Source: Giardia intestinalis (taxonomy: Eukaryota). From it: a DNA stretch of 64,000 nt. A program made the translations under genes and the position numbers. Below, piece by piece: positions 9,014-18,539 of the stretch. The DNA is taken from assembly GCA_000002435.2 (NCBI GenBank), contig CM018793.1, one strand, 5' to 3'. Under the pieces are notes generated by a model. The model did no database searches. It saw only the letters and a list, made by a program, of their open reading frames with translations, and was not told the origin of the DNA. Each line of letters starts with the position of its first letter. Position 1 is the first letter of the stretch.

Positions 9014-12000
9014 TTACTTGCGAAGAAGAATGTTTGCCCAGAGCCTCCCAACGGACCGAAGGTCTTTGCTCAAGAACTCTATGTCTTTGAGCCACGAGTC
9101 CACCGGTACTTCTAGAACATTTCCAATAACTACTAGAGCCTGCTCGATTAGATCCAACGGGGGCGAGAATACATGTAGAGATTTGGCATATTCTGTTGGT
9201 GGAAGAAGATCCATATAGGGCGTAATGCGAATGAGGTACGACTCGTCTGTGTATAACGAGTACGTAAGAATTTGTTCCTCATGTCTCTTTTCTGCATAAT
9301 TGAGGAGGGACAAGTAGATAGCATTGGACTTATTCGACAGCTGATCAGATTGAGCCACAATTGCAGCATAGAGGAGGCACACCCGCATAGAAAAATCACA
9401 TACAGTGTCCTTCTTAATAGGATGCTCCATTTCAGACAGCAGATGGACATAGCTGCTCACAAGCGCCTTCTTACAGATGGCGCGCAAGAAGTTTATGTAG
9501 ACCGTACGGATTATCCTGCAAGTAGACTGTGGGATATTAATGAGAACACCGGATTCTCTCATCAGAATCCACCCAGAGGCAGCAGTGTAGTTCATTATCG
9601 GCGATCTGTCATTGTACACGCCTGCGAGCCACTGCTGGGACGAAATGACGCCATCCTCTGTGTATGCAACATGGTTGAAGTAGGAACAGGCTGCCCCTAA
9701 AAGCAGGCCTAGAATTTGTGCGTCTGACAACAGGCCGTGAGAGCCTTTTTGGAGCATGGCTAGAAAGATGAATACTTGCCTTAGAACCAGGATAGACCGT
9801 GAGCTGCAGTAGTAGGTGCTGGAAACCTCATTGGTCGTGAGCTTATAGCAAAGATCTGAGAGAGACTGGGGAGGTATCTTATAGTGCGACAACTCAAAGT
9901 ATTGAATACAGGAAAAAAGAAGCCTGAAGAGCTTTTTATGGTTTGACACGTTACTCCTAAACGTGTACAACGTATGTTCTAGCTTCTCGGGCCTCTCTGC
10001 CTCCAACTTTTCATCTGAGACACTTCCATTCAAAATGATATTAGCCCAATAAGAGGCCATAGCCTCGTTGGTCATCTTCTTGAAGTTCTTGCTTACCTTG
10101 GCTGGAAAAAGCGTTCCAGTTGTGTAATCCTGGTAATCTTCGCATCCTTGAGAAAAGAAGCTATGAGGGTACTGGCTATACACATCTTCATTGATTTTCA
10201 TTATAAAATGCTCTGTGTCGACTATTTTTGATCTAGAAATAATAATGGACTTTAAAAACGCCTTTTCACTGGCAGAAAGCTCCTCGATGGTCTTGTAATT
10301 CTTCTCCGGTATCTGAGGCGTTGGGCAGGCAAGATACTGTCCTCGTACCTTTACGCGCTGGCCTATCTTAGCTTGTCGGACCATGTCGTCTGCACTGAAG
10401 CTGTCACGAACGAGCGAGTAGGACAGATGCCCCCCATCGTCTGTTATAGAATCCCGCGCACAAAACGTACCGGACAAGAAGGCGTCGACGGCATTATCAA
10501 TACTCTGCTCTATATGAGTGACCGATGAACGAAGGTCTGACAAATAGTTGTTAATGTTCATCGTCTCCTTCCTGCTCCTGTCGTCATACTTGTTCAGCAA
10601 AGGATTTCTGAGAGATGCGTTGTTCCTCTTTCCTATTAGATGACCAAAGAAGTAGTGGATTGTCTCCAAATGAATATCCTGGTCTCGAACAAAGAGTTGG
10701 TGCTGTATCTGTCTCATGAACATTTCTTTCAGATACAGTCTGATCAGCTTTTTCTGCGAGTTCGTGATAGCATCTGTGTTCAGAAGATCGATGGACAGGG
10801 CCAGAAGCTGCTGATGGGTCTCTTGCACTAAAAACCTAGATTTATACTGTAGCGGTGGCTTTATATCACCAGAGGGGGTATAATTGATCTCGTGTGCTGG
10901 CAAATAGAGAGCTATAATGTTGGGTATGTGCATTATCGTGTATGGATTCGAAGTAACCGTGTCGACTATCTCCTTGGTCTCAACTGCGTCACGCTTCAAT
11001 GCAAACACATTTGTTATCAAGTCTTCTGCCATCTTGTCGCTCCGGCACGGCTTTGCAAGACAGAAAAAGGTGTTATAGACATATTCCATGAAGCCGATGC
11101 GCGAACGCTGGTACTTTTCCAAGAGGATATGTGATATGTAATGCGACACGCTTATCTCTGCGTCCCTTAGGCACCGGATGAATAGTTTTTTGTACCCCTG
11201 AAGATCTCCGTCAGAGTGGGGCAGAGACAGTAGGGAGATAACTGTTTCAGTCACCGAATTGTATATCTCTGTAGAGAAGATAGGCGTTTTTATAAACCAG
11301 GCGTAGTAGACACGAATCAGAATGTCTTTCATTTGAGTCGTATCTGTCGCCACTGCTACTTCATTTTGATATGCAGCTGCATCAGTAAGAAAGAATAACT
11401 GCTGATTGCCCGCTCCCGTCTGTGTGATGTATATATTAAAGAGGTGTCTTGAGCGCTTATTGAACAAGATCTCGCAAAACCTGGCCGCCATCTTGGGTCG
11501 CACAACGGGTTCAAATGTTATTGTGCAGGTCACCAAATTGGCTAGGGGAGCGAAAATCCATATCTTTTGATACACCTTAACCGGTAGAAATACATTGAGG
11601 AAGGTAAGGAAACGTGTCAGTAGCGTCACTGAAAGATATTTCACATTAAGGACAGTAATTACTTCCAGCAGATTTTCTGTCCACTTCGTAAAAGTTGATT
11701 CTTGGCACAGCATATATAAGCACTTCCGCGATGTCACAGTGGACTCCAGAACCTTGAGGAACCTGCTGCGCACGGTGCAATTGATGAAGATTGTCATGAT
11801 TATGTTGAACACAGCGACAACGGAAAGAGCATGTATAAGTACATTGCTGGTGTATCCGGAAGAGGTAGAGACGTAGTTTGGCTCGGAGTTAAACTCATAG
11901 ATGAGACCCAGCAAATAGATCACACAAAGTGGGGGAATGCAGAGCTTTGCGTAGAAGGTTGCATGTACGGGGGAAAAGGCAAATGAAGTAAACAGGAGGC

Positions 12001-12322
12001 AGAGAAAGATGGGCTGGAAAATGTCGATAAAAAGAAATATCGTTCTAATATAGTAGTAAAACATCTCGGAGATAAAGACCCCAGCATTCTGCAGTAAGTT
12101 TAGAAACATGTATGTAATAATTGGAAGGTAGCTCAGTGTCACGATCGCAAAGAGCAGGGCGCTAGAGTAGGGATAGTGCACGGAGTCTTCGGAGCGTCTT
12201 GTGCGAAAGCTTAAAATTTGTCTTATCACCCGCGCATACCCAGCGATGTAAAATGCTAATGAGATGAATATCCACTCCTCAACTACCAGGCGCGCTATGC
12301 CGTGCGGCTCCAGCTCTGCCAT
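9014..12322 (-). CDS. polytopic membrane protein with large cytoplasmic C-terminal domain (hypothetical)
   Basis: 1102 aa ORF with the ATG at 12322-12320. The N-terminal ~250 aa contain about 8 hydrophobic helices. The following ~800 aa are hydrophilic and have no recognisable domain. Confidence 0.6.
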   Translation of the reverse strand: MAELEPHGIARLVVEEWIFISLAFYIAGYARVIRQILSFRTRRSEDSVHYPYSSALLFAIVTLSYLPIITYMFLNLLQNAGVFISEMFYYYIRTIFLFIDIFQPIFLCLLFTSFAFSPVHATFYAKLCIPPLCVIYLLGLIYEFNSEPNYVSTSSGYTSNVLIHALSVVAVFNIIMTIFINCTVRSRFLKVLESTVTSRKCLYMLCQESTFTKWTENLLEVITVLNVKYLSVTLLTRFLTFLNVFLPVKVYQKIWIFAPLANLVTCTITFEPVVRPKMAARFCEILFNKRSRHLFNIYITQTGAGNQQLFFLTDAAAYQNEVAVATDTTQMKDILIRVYYAWFIKTPIFSTEIYNSVTETVISLLSLPHSDGDLQGYKKLFIRCLRDAEISVSHYISHILLEKYQRSRIGFMEYVYNTFFCLAKPCRSDKMAEDLITNVFALKRDAVETKEIVDTVTSNPYTIMHIPNIIALYLPAHEINYTPSGDIKPPLQYKSRFLVQETHQQLLALSIDLLNTDAITNSQKKLIRLYLKEMFMRQIQHQLFVRDQDIHLETIHYFFGHLIGKRNNASLRNPLLNKYDDRSRKETMNINNYLSDLRSSVTHIEQSIDNAVDAFLSGTFCARDSITDDGGHLSYSLVRDSFSADDMVRQAKIGQRVKVRGQYLACPTPQIPEKNYKTIEELSASEKAFLKSIIISRSKIVDTEHFIMKINEDVYSQYPHSFFSQGCEDYQDYTTGTLFPAKVSKNFKKMTNEAMASYWANIILNGSVSDEKLEAERPEKLEHTLYTFRSNVSNHKKLFRLLFSCIQYFELSHYKIPPQSLSDLCYKLTTNEVSSTYYCSSRSILVLRQVFIFLAMLQKGSHGLLSDAQILGLLLGAACSYFNHVAYTEDGVISSQQWLAGVYNDRSPIMNYTAASGWILMRESGVLINIPQSTCRIIRTVYINFLRAICKKALVSSYVHLLSEMEHPIKKDTVCDFSMRVCLLYAAIVAQSDQLSNKSNAIYLSLLNYAEKRHEEQILTYSLYTDESYLIRITPYMDLLPPTEYAKSLHVFSPPLDLIEQALVVIGNVLEVPVDSWLKDIEFLSKDLRSVGRLWANILLRK

Positions 12323-12489
12323 GCGCCTGCCAATAAATAATCGGCCAAAAAAGAGGACACAATAGATTAAAAAGTAATGTAAGTCAGGAAAAATGCATAA
12401 AAATTATGAAATGCCATGAACGCTAAAACATCATAGGCACCTTTCCGAGGAGCTAGAAGCTAGAGGAATGCACGGCTTGCACAGCCGGG

Positions 12490-13827
12490 TTATACGATGT
12501 TGCGCTTAAACTCCAAGCCATTGCGCAGCACCGAAATGAGATTGTTCAGCTTTCCTCGGTCAAATCTATTGTACTTATGTATAACATACTCGCTCTCTTT
12601 CACGGTGAGTACTCGCCCAGACACACCGTCTATGGTTGTTATATCTCCATATGTGGCGTCTATCAATTCAACAAAGTGGAATGCATACTCGCAAAGAGCT
12701 CTAGGGCTCACTTTTGCGAAATTTTTGGGCAGTAACGCACACTCCTCCAACGGCGCTTGTACCATTAGCGTGAACTCCCCAGCCTTCAGTTTGGCCACAA
12801 CAGTTTCTCGCTTGATTCTCTCGGCGGTTCTGGTGTTTCTTAAAACATTGGTAATGTGAAAGCATGAAAACGGCAACAGCATGCAACCAACAGCACCATG
12901 CATCAAGCAAGAGAGTACATGAATGGGGACGGAATTGATGAGCCAAAGTGCCATAAACTTAACAGATATCTTCTTAGACCAGGCTAGGCTCAGCACAGGG
13001 AGACCAGGAAGCGTTAGGACTCGATAAATGGTTAGAGCATTAATGAGCGCAGTGTTAATGAGTGCCACGGATGTAAAAAAGAGAAACCCGTTGAACCACA
13101 GAAGATTGTTTCTGCCTATGCAGCTATTAGTCCAGATGCAGTGGTGATCAAAGTCCAGCACACACCTTGAGCAAACGCCGCAGTGATGAGAACGAGGCGG
13201 TCGAGGAACCATGCATGTAGAGCATACTTTTCTGGGGTACAAAAAGGTGTCATATGCACTGTCGGACTCCAGGTCCGAAGCCTCCTTTCGGGCGTCAACC
13301 TCCGGGTCTGTCACACCAACAGAATTGTTAGCACCAGTGCTAGATTTATCTGGTGCCACGGTTCCAGGATCCAGCAGGCATGCCAGCGCAAAGGAGGTTG
13401 CTGATAAAATATTAAAGGCAGGTACACTGACCATACGAACCTTACCAACTATACTAACCTTACTAGGGCTAGACGAGTAGGGGGATAAATTTAAAAGCGC
13501 TCGGGTCCATTGATACGCGCCTTCCTCTCCACTTCTTTCTGGGATGATTACTGTTAGAGGTCCTAGAATAGTTTTGAAAAAAGAATACATGGACATGATG
13601 AAGAGCAGCCAATAGAAACATACGACAAAGCAGTTGCGTCGCTGAAATAAGAGCTGGTCAAGGTTCAGAACACACACACCCTTCCTATTTCTCTCTAAAC
13701 ACAAAAGACATTGCCTCAACCTATAGAGGCGCGACGTACGCGGTGCTGCAGCTGCAATGTTGCCAATAAGCACCCCGAACGCAAGAGATAACGGCGCTGC
13801 TATGACTAGAAAGACCAATATGGCCAT
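12490..13827 (-). CDS. DHHC-type protein S-palmitoyltransferase (zf-DHHC)
   Basis: The cysteine-rich domain 'CSTCMVPRPPRSHHCGVCSRCVLDFDHHCIWTNSCIGRNN' matches C-x2-C-x9-HC-x2-C-x4-DHHC-x5-C and is flanked by 4 or more TM helices. The ATG at 13827 has an AT-rich upstream region. Confidence 0.8.
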   Translation of the reverse strand: MAILVFLVIAAPLSLAFGVLIGNIAAAAPRTSRLYRLRQCLLCLERNRKGVCVLNLDQLLFQRRNCFVVCFYWLLFIMSMYSFFKTILGPLTVIIPERSGEEGAYQWTRALLNLSPYSSSPSKVSIVGKVRMVSVPAFNILSATSFALACLLDPGTVAPDKSSTGANNSVGVTDPEVDARKEASDLESDSAYDTFLYPRKVCSTCMVPRPPRSHHCGVCSRCVLDFDHHCIWTNSCIGRNNLLWFNGFLFFTSVALINTALINALTIYRVLTLPGLPVLSLAWSKKISVKFMALWLINSVPIHVLSCLMHGAVGCMLLPFSCFHITNVLRNTRTAERIKRETVVAKLKAGEFTLMVQAPLEECALLPKNFAKVSPRALCEYAFHFVELIDATYGDITTIDGVSGRVLTVKESEYVIHKYNRFDRGKLNNLISVLRNGLEFKRNIV

Positions 13828-13857
13828 CGAATTTTATACATTTATAAAAAGTAGAGA
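13828..13857. promoter_or_regulatory. 30 bp AT-rich bidirectional promoter between divergent DHHC gene (-) and coiled-coil gene (+)
   Basis: The sequence 'cgaattttatacatttataaaaagtagaga' is the whole interval between two divergent ATGs (13827 minus, 13858 plus). This matches Giardia's short AT-rich initiator promoters. Confidence 0.5.
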
Positions 13858-16800
13858 ATGCCTCCAGATCCGAGCATGATCACAAAGCTTTTGCAGCAGG
13901 CCGAAGTGGCCTCGGCCCAGCTAGGAAGCACACAATCAAAGCTAAGTCTCAATAAAGCCACTAAGGTCTCAAAGCGGGCCACAACCACGATCACAACCAC
14001 GGCCACAGCAGTCCCCCCACCGGTGCTTCCAGAAGAGGAGGAGCACGGCGATGTCATGACATCAACGATGGAGCACCTTCTGCGAAACCGGGGATATGAG
14101 TATCTCACTGAACAGAATGAGTTAGCCCAAAAGAGCAAAGAGGACGCCCGCATTCTAGTTGAGCAAGGGGCGAAGGAGTTTTTCTATGGCAAAGATCTTC
14201 CGCCGATCAGCTTAACGCAAGACCCGGAACGCTACGTCAACAAGGTTTTATCAGATAACTCAGCGTTTTACTCGAACATCAGAGAGTCGTCTATCACCAA
14301 CAAAGGCAACACTAAACCAGGCTGCACTTTAGAGAACACTGTAAGGAAATGCAGCTCTGTTTTATCTGATGCATCGAGCAACCCTGACACAGTCTCAGCG
14401 AGCGGCACAACAGGATCTACTCATACAGGAAGGGCTTCTAAAGAACCAGGCGCAGTCAGGCAACGCAATCATCGCACACTCGCTACGTCTCTTAATATCG
14501 TACAGAAACTGCTTAACGAACCAGTCACTCGAAAGCAGTCTATATTTACACTTTCTCAGCGCCACTTCCTCACAGCAGACTTCCTCATGGGCGACATAAT
14601 CGATGCTTTAGCATCTGACTCCCGTGAGATGCGAGGTGCAATGGAGATGGCCAGGAAGATCTACACCTCAGCTTATTCAGATAACAAGTGTGGAGACTTT
14701 CTGCTGTCGGCGGAAATAGTACGCCTGAAGCAGGAGTTACACGAAACAAAAATAGCATTAGAAAAGCAGAGACAACGGGCAATTGTCTTGCTCACAGCCA
14801 TGGATGACCGGCGCAAGCTGGACCAAAAGAGAGCAGAAGAAACCGTCAAGAAGGTGGAGGAGCAGAGGGCCATAGAGGTCAATGCTGCAATGCAGCGGAC
14901 TCGTGACTACGGTGAGCAGGTGCGTATACTGCGGGCTGTCATTGAAGCAATTAAAAATGACCAGCAAGTGAAGGAAGTAGAGACCCTCAAGCAGAACCTG
15001 GATTCCTCGCGTGCGCTTACCAGGGAGTTGGAAGGCAAAAACGTGCAGCTCATGGAATCTCTTCAAACACTGCAGGCAGCGTACAGCGATCTTCAGATGG
15101 AGCATCAAGAGGCTGGAGCTGTAATAATGCAGCTGAGAGCAGAGCTAAAGGCTGCTAACAACGAGAGGGAGTACTGTAAGGGTTGTTCGAGTAGGATCAT
15201 AGAGAGGTCCAAATACGTCGGTTCTGAGATAACTAATCGCGTAGAGAGGCTGGAAGCTGTCAGTGCCATACTCTCTGGACTGCAGGTCAATAAGGAAAAG
15301 CTTCAGATGTCTATTGATAACCCAGGAGTGTCAGAGTATCTCTACGAAAAAGAGAAAGTAGTGTCTTCCTTCTTCGATGATTTAAGGGCAGCGGAGAAAG
15401 AGAAGCTGCACCTCCTGCAGCAGGAGCCGCCTGATGCTCAAGCCGAGCATCCCGAAGGACAGAACAAAGGGGCCTCTGTCGTCGACAGAGTAGACGAGTC
15501 GTATTACCTTATTGATCTCAGCAAGTTGGCACGCTCACTCTGTCTTATAGAAATGCGCCTGGAAGCGGCGCCAAAGCTTCAGCAGTTAGACGATGAAATA
15601 ACTGCTCTGCGGTACGAAAACAACAGGCTCAAGAACGTTGAGCAAGAGCTCACCGAGCTAAGGAAGGTATACCGATCTGTTATTTCTCGCACCCAGGCTA
15701 TAGAGCCCAAGGCTTCGGGTGCTGACACAGAAGCGGACCCCAAGGGGGACTCTACAAAGGAAACTCAGGGCGCTTCAGCCGGAAAGATAGAGGGGTCGCA
15801 CTTAGCATCAGCTCAGAACCAAGGTATCTACGAGAACTCTGTGACTCTTCTGCGCGAGCAGCCCTTGCAACTGCTTATATCTAAAAATTTCAAGATACAG
15901 CTAGTAGAAAGAGAAGACAGAGACAAGGAGGGATCAGAGCTTACAACAACACCAAACTACGTCTCCGCGGTTATTTTGAGCTTTCTCCGACACCTCTGCA
16001 TGTCCTCTTTCACATCAGATACGTCGATGTGCCGCCAGCTGACCGGGCGGTGCATGCCAAAAGCCGATGGCACACCCTATCCAACGACTTATCCCATACA
16101 GGCACTCTTTACGGGCTGGGTTCATGCGCAGTATCACATCGTTCCAGAAGATAGGAGGCAGTTTGAGGTCGAGCTACTTGTCAACAAGGTTTCTTGCTGT
16201 CTACAAGCCTTTCAATCTCTCACATCAGACATCTTTATTGAAGACGAGTCAATGCTGCTCTCCCTCGGCTCCCTACTATTAAACACCTCCATCAGCGCAG
16301 ACGAGGTGAGTTTCTTGATATACATTACCATTCTAACACACGGTGGCCTTCCAGACGCCCACCCTGTGCTTCTCCCTCACCTGGAGAAAGACGTAAAGAT
16401 AACCACAGCGTACATCTCCCTAAAACGAGCAATTAATATTATTCTTGCTACTGTCTCCAAAACTATTCAGAAGGGCTTTATCGAGTTCTTTATCCATCAA
16501 GGCCGGTCGACATCGCTGATAAAAGACGTCACGCTGGCCGACATCTCCTCTGGGAGGGTCTTCGTGGTCGACGTATACGAAAACCTGGATGGGGATGACC
16601 TTTATGACGCGGACATTCGTGAGATTTTTGCAGCCAACAAGGACTACTTCAGCGATACTGGAGCGGCGTCCTCCGCTACCGTTGGACTTTCCTCAAGTGT
16701 GGCATCACCCATCAAGAACCTACGGAACCGTGACGATCTAACACGAGTCTCCATCATTAACGCAAACTTCTTTTTGCTGTCCATGCTCAAGGCCTACCGG

Positions 16801-17664
16801 ACAGAGGTTATGACGCGCCTTGAAGCTACCAGACTGATGTATGCGGGAAGTCTTCTGGAGACCTCTACATTGTTGCGCTCTTCTAAGATGACCGCTCTTC
16901 CGGACACCATGAAATTCAGGATTGTGAGGGAGATAATAAGGATGATTAACCCCATCTGTGACGATAGCATGATTGATGCTGCTTATTTGGATGTCATTTG
17001 GAGGAGCCCGAGCGCCAACTGGAGCATCCTTGTCGACGCGTGCAAAACACGTGGCGTGTTTGCAAGCGCATTGAAGTTCCCGCCCATCGAGGTCATGATG
17101 CCTTTGGTGGGAGGCTACTATACAGGTGCTACAAACCCTGGGCTGTCATCTAACCCGGGTGTTGCTCCAGCAAGCATAGCGGCGTATGCAAATGACTACG
17201 ATACTATACTAAGCCAAGCAAGAAGCCTTTTTGACAAAGCAAAAGTGGCCCTTCTGCACCTGTCCAGCGCAATGGGAACGGAATCGGCTGTTTGCACCAG
17301 GTCCATTATTCAGGAAGTATCAAACATAGAGAGGACAGCGCTTACGTTTGACAATTTAGGCCTTGTCATTAGTGCCCTCAAAGCAACCCTGCTCTATGCA
17401 GTAGAGCTATCCTTCTCCGTCATTTCTGCCTGTGGAAGAGACTATGGAATAGAGTCTCTGTCTGTGCGTAAATCCCTTGCAGAAGGCAAGGGCGTGTCTC
17501 TTCGCAAGGTGGCCCGACAGCCGACAGAGATATGGATCGACAGCCTTTATTACCTCACAGGGGCCCTTGCAGCCTCCTTGGGGTGGGAGACGGACTCCGG
17601 CATGTGCGTGGCGAGCATGTCTATGAAACGGAAGCTATCATCTCGTGGAGAGTCGCGGGCGTAG
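13858..17664 (+). CDS. large coiled-coil protein (hypothetical, 1268 aa)
   Basis: The ATG at 13858 has an A-rich context. There are extensive heptad-like segments (about aa 290-620) rich in E/K/R/L/Q, and the frame is consistent over 3.8 kb. Confidence 0.7.
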   Translation: MPPDPSMITKLLQQAEVASAQLGSTQSKLSLNKATKVSKRATTTITTTATAVPPPVLPEEEEHGDVMTSTMEHLLRNRGYEYLTEQNELAQKSKEDARILVEQGAKEFFYGKDLPPISLTQDPERYVNKVLSDNSAFYSNIRESSITNKGNTKPGCTLENTVRKCSSVLSDASSNPDTVSASGTTGSTHTGRASKEPGAVRQRNHRTLATSLNIVQKLLNEPVTRKQSIFTLSQRHFLTADFLMGDIIDALASDSREMRGAMEMARKIYTSAYSDNKCGDFLLSAEIVRLKQELHETKIALEKQRQRAIVLLTAMDDRRKLDQKRAEETVKKVEEQRAIEVNAAMQRTRDYGEQVRILRAVIEAIKNDQQVKEVETLKQNLDSSRALTRELEGKNVQLMESLQTLQAAYSDLQMEHQEAGAVIMQLRAELKAANNEREYCKGCSSRIIERSKYVGSEITNRVERLEAVSAILSGLQVNKEKLQMSIDNPGVSEYLYEKEKVVSSFFDDLRAAEKEKLHLLQQEPPDAQAEHPEGQNKGASVVDRVDESYYLIDLSKLARSLCLIEMRLEAAPKLQQLDDEITALRYENNRLKNVEQELTELRKVYRSVISRTQAIEPKASGADTEADPKGDSTKETQGASAGKIEGSHLASAQNQGIYENSVTLLREQPLQLLISKNFKIQLVEREDRDKEGSELTTTPNYVSAVILSFLRHLCMSSFTSDTSMCRQLTGRCMPKADGTPYPTTYPIQALFTGWVHAQYHIVPEDRRQFEVELLVNKVSCCLQAFQSLTSDIFIEDESMLLSLGSLLLNTSISADEVSFLIYITILTHGGLPDAHPVLLPHLEKDVKITTAYISLKRAINIILATVSKTIQKGFIEFFIHQGRSTSLIKDVTLADISSGRVFVVDVYENLDGDDLYDADIREIFAANKDYFSDTGAASSATVGLSSSVASPIKNLRNRDDLTRVSIINANFFLLSMLKAYRTEVMTRLEATRLMYAGSLLETSTLLRSSKMTALPDTMKFRIVREIIRMINPICDDSMIDAAYLDVIWRSPSANWSILVDACKTRGVFASALKFPPIEVMMPLVGGYYTGATNPGLSSNPGVAPASIAAYANDYDTILSQARSLFDKAKVALLHLSSAMGTESAVCTRSIIQEVSNIERTALTFDNLGLVISALKATLLYAVELSFSVISACGRDYGIESLSVRKSLAEGKGVSLRKVARQPTEIWIDSLYYLTGALAASLGWETDSGMCVASMSMKRKLSSRGESRA

Positions 17665-17672
17665 CGGGGACG

Positions 17673-17679
17673 GTTTACT
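17673..17679 (-). promoter_or_regulatory. Giardia polyadenylation signal AGTAAAC (RPS2)
   Basis: 'gtttact' on the plus strand equals AGTAAAC on the minus strand, immediately downstream of the RPS2 stop. Confidence 0.6.
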
Positions 17680-17682
17680 TGC

Positions 17683-18411
17683 CTAGTCAGCGAGGGACAT
17701 GGTACGGATGTCCTGGACATGGTCGAGCTGTTCTTTTTTCCACAGGTCAGGCGTAAGAATGGAGTAGGAGCTTTTCAGGGCGTTGTAAACGGCCCCCACC
17801 GAGTTCATCAGCGTTCTTGAGTGGCCACTCTGCCTCGTGAAGACATCGGATACGCCCGCGAACTCAAGGACTTTTGCAACCGTGGGGGACGCCACAATGC
17901 CTGCGCCGCGGGGCGCGGGAATAAGACGGACCCGGACGGAGCCGCACTTACCTGAGAGCTTCGACGACACCGTATGAGGATCTCCAAGCTTTCCGCCCCA
18001 GAAGCCGCGCCTGACGGGAACGATGTTGAGCCTGGCGTTCTTTGCCGCCTTCTTGATGGCATTCGCCACCTCCTTGGAGACACCTGCTCCATAGCCGATG
18101 AATCCGTCACGGTTCCCGACTATCACATGAGCACGGAACCTCGTACGCTGCCCGGCTGTGGTCTGCTTCTGGACAGACATGATATTGCACACCTCCTCCG
18201 CAAGCTCGCTCTTCGGAAAGAAGTAGTCAATGATCTCTGTCTCCTTGATGGGGAGAGAATACTTGAAAATGTCATAAAGGGACTCTATCTTTCCTGCCTT
18301 CACCAAGCGGCCGAGTTTCGTGGACGGATGCCACTCTTCCTCCTCCATCTGACGAGGTCCGCGCTCACCGCGCTCTGGTCGTTCTGGCCTGGGAGCACTT
18401 TCAGCCTGCAT
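17683..18411 (-). CDS. RPS2: 40S ribosomal protein S2 (uS5)
   Basis: The motifs 'GKIESLYDIFKYSLPIKETEIIDYF', 'FRAHVIVGNRDGFIGYGAGVSKEVANAIKKA' and 'VRLIPAPRGAGIVASPTVAKVLEFAGV' are the conserved S5 N- and C-terminal domains. There is an R/E-rich N-terminal extension. AGTAAAC lies on the minus strand 4 nt 3' of the stop. Confidence 0.9.
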   Translation of the reverse strand: MQAESAPRPERPERGERGPRQMEEEEWHPSTKLGRLVKAGKIESLYDIFKYSLPIKETEIIDYFFPKSELAEEVCNIMSVQKQTTAGQRTRFRAHVIVGNRDGFIGYGAGVSKEVANAIKKAAKNARLNIVPVRRGFWGGKLGDPHTVSSKLSGKCGSVRVRLIPAPRGAGIVASPTVAKVLEFAGVSDVFTRQSGHSRTLMNSVGAVYNALKSSYSILTPDLWKKEQLDHVQDIRTMSLAD

Positions 18412-18539
18412 GCTACGCCATGGACGTTAGTTTTGGGCTACAAAGTCAAATCAAAATTAGAACGTTTTTTTAATCGCTGGTCAGAAAAGTGGACGAAATT
18501 TGAAAAGTGTGCACCTCTAATTTCAGTGTAATAATTGCA

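Noticed and set aside
9272-9700. 142 aa plus-strand ORF and other short ORFs antisense to the 1102 aa membrane protein gene
   Set aside because: They are embedded in a much longer, consistent minus-strand ORF and have no independent start context.
17974-18531. 185 aa plus-strand ORF and 100 aa minus ORF (17808-18110) overlapping RPS2
   Set aside because: They are antisense or alternative frames of a universally conserved ribosomal protein gene. The RPS2 frame is unambiguously the real one.
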